A stretch of DNA of 64,000 bases from an uncultured virus (IMG/VR IMGVR_UViG_3300007961_000315). Lineage: Duplodnaviria; Heunggongvirae; Uroviricota; Caudoviricetes. Within the stretch, counting starts at the first letter, position 1; each line of letters begins with the position of its first letter. This document shows positions 58,950 to 64,000 of this stretch, one piece after another. The translations under genes were made by a program, and so were the position numbers. The stretch lies in IMG/VR virus record IMGVR_UViG_3300007961_000315. One strand, written 5' to 3'. The notes below the pieces were generated by a model. The model did no database searches and had not been told where the DNA came from. It saw nothing but the letters and a program-made list of their open reading frames with translations.

Positions 58950-59088
58950 CATACTCAAAGAGGAGGAGCAATATAAAAAATATGTGTTATATGGTTGCTT
59001 ACGCTGATGCCGATGGCAGAGGTTTCGGGATACTACCATTTATCGAAGATTCGTTCGGCTGCAAAGAAGAAGCCTTGCAAAAGAGTCG

Positions 59089-59260
59089 CCTTATGGCTGG
59101 TTGGGGCTTTGACACTCCCCACGCCTAAAGGCGGGGGATTCTCGGTTCAGCGACCGTAGCCCGCAATATGCAAGGACTTACATAGTCTTCCCGAGCGTTA
59201 GGTTCGGGCGTGTCCCGCCCTACCGTATGCACCAACTACGCCAGTAGGCGCAGCCCTTCA
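59089..59260 (-). ncRNA. Predicted TnpB omega/reRNA; guide from flank AGCCCCAACCAGCCATAAGG
   Basis: Position inferred from known TnpB biology; hairpin GTAGGGCGGGACACGCCCGAACCTA after the tnpB stop; boundaries approximate. Confidence 0.55.
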
Positions 59261-60348
59261 TTCAGGATGTTTTTTGCGGCGTTGCGGTCTCTGTCGTGAA
59301 CAGCGCCGCACTCCGGGCAAGTCCACTCTCTGACGCTGAGGTCTTTTGTACCCGGCCACTGCGCACCGCAAGCGGAGCATAGCTGAGAGGACGGAAAGAA
59401 GCAGTCTATCGTCACTACCTGCTTCCCATACCATCCGGCTTTGTACTCCAACTGCCGCCGGAACTCGCCCCACGATGCGTTTGAAATGGACTTGGCCAAT
59501 CTGTGGTTTTTTACCATGTTTTTCGGGGCTAAATCCTCCACGCAGATCACATCGTTCTGCCGGATGATTTCCGTAGACAGCTTGTGTATCATGTCCTGCC
59601 GCTGGTTAGCGATGTGCTCATGGAGCCGCGCTACCTGAAGCCTCACCTTTTCCCGGCGGTTGCTCCCCTTTGTCTTTCGGGAGAGCTGCCGCTGGAAACG
59701 GGCCAGCTTCTTCTCAGACTTGGCAAGGTATTTGTGGTTTGGATGCTCTACTCCATCGGAAGTGACTGCAAATGTCTTGATCCCCATGTCGAGCCCCACA
59801 GCCGTTCCGGTGGAGGGCAGGTGCGCAATGTCCACATCCGTACAGCACAGGGCGACGAAGTATTTCCCGCTGGGATTCTGCGACACTGTGGCGGACAGGA
59901 TACGGCCTTTGACCTCTTTGGAGATCCGGCATTTCACCTTTCCCAGCTTCGGGAGCTGTACGGATTTATCTAGCACCTTGATGTTCGTCCCCACGCATTT
60001 GCTCTTGTAGCTCTGCCGGTGGTCGCGCTTGCTATTGAACCGGGGGTAGCCGGGCTTCTCGCCCTGTTTAACACGCCGAAAAAAATTCTGGAAGGCTGTA
60101 TCCAGGTCGCGCAGAGATGATTGAAGAGCAGTAGCATCCACCTCGCGCAGCCATTCCAGAGACTTCTTAAGCTGGGTCATATCCCCGGCGCAATCGTAGT
60201 AGTTGAATGTTCTGCCGTTCTGCTCATAGTCTTCTTTGCGCTTGGAGAGATAGTAGTTGAACACATACCGGCAGCAGCCGAAGGTCTTATGTATTTGATG
60301 CACCTGCGCTGCATTGGGATAGATGCGGAATTTATAGCTGTATTCCAT
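59236..60348 (-). CDS. tnpB: RNA-guided endonuclease TnpB
   Basis: [37 protein letters not shown]; RuvC D-E-D intact. Confidence 0.95.
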   Translation of the reverse strand: MEYSYKFRIYPNAAQVHQIHKTFGCCRYVFNYYLSKRKEDYEQNGRTFNYYDCAGDMTQLKKSLEWLREVDATALQSSLRDLDTAFQNFFRRVKQGEKPGYPRFNSKRDHRQSYKSKCVGTNIKVLDKSVQLPKLGKVKCRISKEVKGRILSATVSQNPSGKYFVALCCTDVDIAHLPSTGTAVGLDMGIKTFAVTSDGVEHPNHKYLAKSEKKLARFQRQLSRKTKGSNRREKVRLQVARLHEHIANQRQDMIHKLSTEIIRQNDVICVEDLAPKNMVKNHRLAKSISNASWGEFRRQLEYKAGWYGKQVVTIDCFFPSSQLCSACGAQWPGTKDLSVREWTCPECGAVHDRDRNAAKNILNEGLRLLA

Positions 60349-60357
60349 CTTCCCACC

Positions 60358-60750
60358 TCACACATTCTTCTGGTTTTCAATGTATTGCTTGATGACCGAT
60401 AAAGGAGCTCCACCGACGGTAGACACAAAATATGAGTTTGTCCACAACGACGGCAGACGGGAGTTCAGCCACGCAAATTCCTGACGCAGCACCCTTGATG
60501 TTCGGCCTTTTATTTGCTTGATAGCTTTATGGACGCCGAATTGTGGGTTTACTTCCATCAGCAAATGCACATGGTCTGGCATGACTTCCATCTCAATGAT
60601 GTCGATGCGGTATTCACGGCTAATTTCCTCTATGAGTTCCTTTAACCGTATATCAACACCATCGACCAAGACCTTACGGCGGTATTTTGGACACCATACC
60701 ACATGATATTTGCAGGAGTACACCACATTGTTATTGCTTTTATATTCCAT
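60358..60750 (-). CDS. tnpA: Y1 HUH transposase TnpA
   Basis: YHVVWCPKYRR, PDHVHLL, LWTNSYF, YIENQ. Confidence 0.95.
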   Translation of the reverse strand: MEYKSNNNVVYSCKYHVVWCPKYRRKVLVDGVDIRLKELIEEISREYRIDIIEMEVMPDHVHLLMEVNPQFGVHKAIKQIKGRTSRVLRQEFAWLNSRLPSLWTNSYFVSTVGGAPLSVIKQYIENQKNV

Positions 60751-60864
60751 AGAAATATTATACTACTGTTCGCCATCTAATGCAAGACGATATCCTGTTA
60801 ACGGGGGGAGCAAGGTGTGGCTTATATCCCCATAGCTAAAGCAAGGGGTTTTACGCCACGTGTG

Positions 60865-61005
60865 ATAAATGGCCCGTTCCACTTCATCGACGAAGTGCTC
60901 CGCCACTATGGGATTTTCTAAACGATGCGTGATATAATCCACAATCCCATTCAAATCCTTTTCAAATAATGGAAGAAAGGAAAGGCTATATCGCTTAGTG
61001 TTCAC
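60865..61005 (-). pseudogene. RelE/ParE toxin truncated by the IS
   Basis: YSLSFLPLFEKDLNGIVDYI..LENP..AEHF..AIY then IS left-end sequence. Confidence 0.75.
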
Positions 61006-61017
61006 GGATGCGCTTCC

Positions 61018-61254
61018 TCACTCTCGCAAAGACTTCCCCTCGGAGGATCGGATTTCAGAAAGTGAAGCAGCGCGATCTGCTTCGTCCAGTTTAAGTTCCA
61101 GCTCATCGGTCAAAGCGGAATACTGCTCCAGGCTCATCACCACCATAGAGCCATATCCATTCTTGGTCAAAAAGACTGGCTCACCGGTGTTCAAAACAAC
61201 TTCTTCGATTTCCGGGAATTTGTTGCGCAAATCGGATACAGGACGAATCGTCAT
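61018..61254 (-). CDS. Phd/YefM antitoxin (probable 3' frameshift)
   Basis: IRPVSDLRNKF..PVFLTKNG..VVMSLEQY; tail EVFARVRKRIREH lies in another frame. Confidence 0.8.
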   Translation of the reverse strand: MTIRPVSDLRNKFPEIEEVVLNTGEPVFLTKNGYGSMVVMSLEQYSALTDELELKLDEADRAASLSEIRSSEGKSLRE

Positions 61255-61346
61255 AGTAACACCCCACTTTTAATTTATATCATTATTTTATCATTATTTT
61301 ATCATGATATTATCAAAATATCGATATTTGCAAAGGCGGTAAGGGG

Positions 61347-61518
61347 TTGAAAATCGGATAAGTACCCAAGAGCAGAACACCATCCGCCAAACGGCGCTGA
61401 TGGAATCTCTTGGCGTGGATGAGGTCTATATTGACAAGACGAACGAGAAAAACACCGACCGGAGCTTCAAGGGATGATGGAATATGTCAGGTTGGGCGAT
61501 ACTGTAATTGTAGAATCA
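61347..61518 (+). pseudogene. Serine resolvase N-terminal remnant
   Basis: KIG/ISTQEQNTIRQ..LGVDEVYIDK..NTDR/ELQGMMEYVR.GDTVIVES broken by frameshifts. Confidence 0.7.
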
Positions 61519-61591
61519 AAAAAGTTTATGCTATCAATAGCATAAACTTGAATAAATCGTCTTTTTGTGCTACACTTCAAGCAGAGGTGAT

Positions 61592-62914
61592 ATGATGCTT
61601 AAAAATGGAAGTGAGTTGTGCCGCCGTGATTTGTATCTGAACCGGCTGATTGCATTTCAAGATACCGAACCGGTTAAGATAGTCACCGGCATTCGGCGCT
61701 GTGGAAAATCCAGCGTTTTGAAGTTGATGGTCCGCCATCTACAGGAAACCGGTGTAACGGATGATCAGATTATCGAGATGAACTTTGAATCCATGGATTT
61801 CCGCAGAATGACTGTCGAGGAGCTATACCGGTATGTAAAGGAACGATTGCCGGAGAAAAAGCGCGCCTATCTGTTCTTTGATGAGATCCAGCGCATCGAT
61901 CAATGGCAGGACGCAGTGAACTCCTTCCGGGTGGATTTTGACTGTGATATCTATGTGACCGGCTCCAACGCTTATCTTTTGTCCTCGGAGTATGCAACCT
62001 ACCTGGCCGGACGAAGTGTGGAGATTAAAATGCTTCCGCTCTCCTTTCGAGAGTTTCTGGACTTCCACGGCTATACGGTCCGGGAGAGCAAAAGCCCCGC
62101 TGGAGGAATGAGAAAGCGGATCTACGATTCCAATGGCGATAGCTATGAGGTTCAGGAGTTGCTAGACGCCTATCTGCGCTTCGGCGGGATGCCTGGAATC
62201 GCAGATGTGGGGCTGGATATCGACAAGGCGCTGACCCTGCTGGATGGGATCTACTCCACGGTCGTGGTGCGAGATATCTTGGAGCGGGAGCGCCGCCGTG
62301 GCCAACGGCAGATCACCGACCCAGATCTGCTGCGGAAGATCATCATGTTTCTGGCTGACAATATTGGTAACAGCACCTCCATCACATCCATCAGCAATAC
62401 CTTAGTGAACGAAAAGCTGTTGGACCAGAACCGTAAGGGGAATCCTTCGGTCCACACCATTCAGGCGTATGTGGATGCGCTGCTGGAGTCCTATATCTTT
62501 TATGAGATCAAGCGTTTTGACATCAAGGGCAAGGAGTACCTTCGCACCCTGGGTAAATATTATATCGTGGACACTGGTCTGCGAAACTATTTGTTAGGCT
62601 TCCGGGACATGGATACCGGACACCTCATCGAGAACATCGTTTACTTTGAACTGCTCCGCCAGGGATACGATGTGTCGATCGGCAAGGTGGACAACAAGGA
62701 AGTGGATTTTATCGCCGCCAATACGGAGGAGAAGCGTTATATCCAGGTGACCGAGTCCATAAACGATCCGGCCACCCGGGAGCGGGAGCTGGCACCGCTG
62801 CGGATGATCCGGGACAATTACGAGAAGGTCGTTATTGCCGGAAGCTGCGATTATCCCATCACAGCGGACGGCATCAAGATAATCAAGCTGACAGACTTTC
62901 TTCTGGATACCTGA
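61592..62914 (+). CDS. AAA_14 ATPase + DUF4143
   Basis: TGIRRCGKS, FFDEIQ, VTGSN, GGMP, KYYIVDTGL, ENIVYFEL, EVDF, YIQV. Confidence 0.9.
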   Translation: MMLKNGSELCRRDLYLNRLIAFQDTEPVKIVTGIRRCGKSSVLKLMVRHLQETGVTDDQIIEMNFESMDFRRMTVEELYRYVKERLPEKKRAYLFFDEIQRIDQWQDAVNSFRVDFDCDIYVTGSNAYLLSSEYATYLAGRSVEIKMLPLSFREFLDFHGYTVRESKSPAGGMRKRIYDSNGDSYEVQELLDAYLRFGGMPGIADVGLDIDKALTLLDGIYSTVVVRDILERERRRGQRQITDPDLLRKIIMFLADNIGNSTSITSISNTLVNEKLLDQNRKGNPSVHTIQAYVDALLESYIFYEIKRFDIKGKEYLRTLGKYYIVDTGLRNYLLGFRDMDTGHLIENIVYFELLRQGYDVSIGKVDNKEVDFIAANTEEKRYIQVTESINDPATRERELAPLRMIRDNYEKVVIAGSCDYPITADGIKIIKLTDFLLDT

Positions 62915-62976
62915 CCAATTGGAGGCGAATTGATGGCATATGAAATTACCGTTACTGGAATATGACATATGTGGTG

Positions 62977-63121
62977 TTGACATTTAAAATAAAATACTAT
63001 ATACTGTGGTTACAGTGTTTTTTGAACTCTTCGAAGAGTTTGCTTGTTGGCAGCTTCGTCGCTGCTTGAAATGATTTTTTTGGCGCAGTACTCCCACTAT
63101 GGGCGTACTGCGCCTTTTTTT
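62977..63121 (+). promoter_or_regulatory. Conserved leader copy 3
   Basis: TTGACA(62977)-17-TATACT; nearly identical to copy 1 through the terminator. Confidence 0.85.
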
Positions 63122-63234
63122 ATTGCAAAAAACACTGTGAAGTCAAAAAGGAAGGAGATCACAACTATGAGCGGGTAAATCTCACAATCACCGCAGTATT
63201 CAAAATTTTAAAATGAAAAGGAAGGAACGTGTGT

Positions 63235-64000
63235 ATGAGCCAGTCCCTGTCATTGTCGGAGTTTTTTCTCATGGGAAAAATGGATGCCGGTTTTGAGATC
63301 AGCGAAAGGTATGTCACCGGGATCTGCGTCCTGTATGCGGAACGAACAGCGGAAGAGCGGGAGTACATGATTCGGGAAAAATCCATTGTTGCGCTGGCCG
63401 GACGAGAACTGAGCGAGTGTGTGCAGGAGGCGAAAGACCTTGCGTGCCGATCTGCTATCCGGCGCTTATCGGATATGCCGGCAATCCCTGCCGCCGAACC
63501 AGCGCAGGAGAAAGACAGCGAAAAGCCAGCCTCCCGATTCAGCATCGCACCTCAGAAACGGGTTGTAAAGGAAGCGCCGGCGGTTGAACCGGAGCCGGAA
63601 GAACAACTTAGGCCGGACGACTTTATGGAAGAACGTTCGATCTCTTTTGTGGACGAATCGAAGAATGCGGTAAAATCTCAAAATACGGAGGAGCCGATTT
63701 TGAGTAGCGTCAAACAGGTCGGGTTTGCTGATTTACGGCCTGCATCCTCACTCCTGAAAGAAGAACCGACGCCTGTGCTAAGCAGCGATCTTGAAGCGGA
63801 CAAAGAAGATGAGGCGCTGGAAAAGGCTCGCGCCATGAAGATCAGCATCGTTGGCAAGGTCCATCAGTGCTATGGCTGGACGGCTGGTAAGATTTTGAAT
63901 GAAGCGCCTGAAGTAATCGTGGAATTTGCCAACCGGTATAACGGACCAAGAACAGAGGAACGTGACGCATTGCGAGCGCTCTATACCGAGGCCCTGCGGC
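63235..64000 (+). CDS. Hypothetical protein, runs off the window (first gene of operon C)
   Basis: ATG after AAGGA; frame hand-checked open to 64000. Confidence 0.6.
   Translation, partial: MSQSLSLSEFFLMGKMDAGFEISERYVTGICVLYAERTAEEREYMIREKSIVALAGRELSECVQEAKDLACRSAIRRLSDMPAIPAAEPAQEKDSEKPASRFSIAPQKRVVKEAPAVEPEPEEQLRPDDFMEERSISFVDESKNAVKSQNTEEPILSSVKQVGFADLRPASSLLKEEPTPVLSSDLEADKEDEALEKARAMKISIVGKVHQCYGWTAGKILNEAPEVIVEFANRYNGPRTEERDALRALYTEALR

Larger units (their letters stand above)
59109..60864 (-). mobile_element. IS200/IS605 element, IS605 group (tnpA + tnpB)
   Basis: Subterminal hairpins CCCC..TAAAG..GGGG at both ends; right end TCAA; TTTAT just outside the left end. Confidence 0.9.

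Overview
This window looks like a Clostridia (Oscillospiraceae-like) chromosome; the taxon is inferred from gene content only. Bases 1-6474 are host core genes: two tandem coiled-coil/M23 peptidases, an S41 protease homologue, greA and lysS. From the lysS 3' end to the window edge is the left part of a large integrated element, probably an ICE. Its integrase, conjugation genes and right end are not in view, and no phage structural genes are visible. It carries a replication-initiator-like gene with internal iterons and a HipA-like kinase module. Three operons of leading-region-type genes (YqaJ, RecD2, PcfJ, DUF4942 MTase, ArdC-like, MTase-helicase, DUF4313) each start with the same ~140-bp promoter/hairpin/terminator leader. 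Two of these operons converge on a cargo region (26-49 kb) with two large surface proteins, Fic, a decayed integrative element, a SAS-Panacea pair and a c-di-GMP cluster. An intact-looking IS605 (tnpA+tnpB) lies at 59.1-60.9 kb. Top candidates for new biology: (1) a (CTGGGCA)n repeat inside a leader uORF, whose copy number mod 3 sets whether translation crosses two terminator-like hairpins upstream of both surface-protein genes; (2) the triplicated attenuator leader, together with C-terminal Ala-Ala degron-like ends; (3) an orphan DGR-like variable region with GCA-triloop hairpins. All family calls come from motif recognition by eye; no database searches were run.
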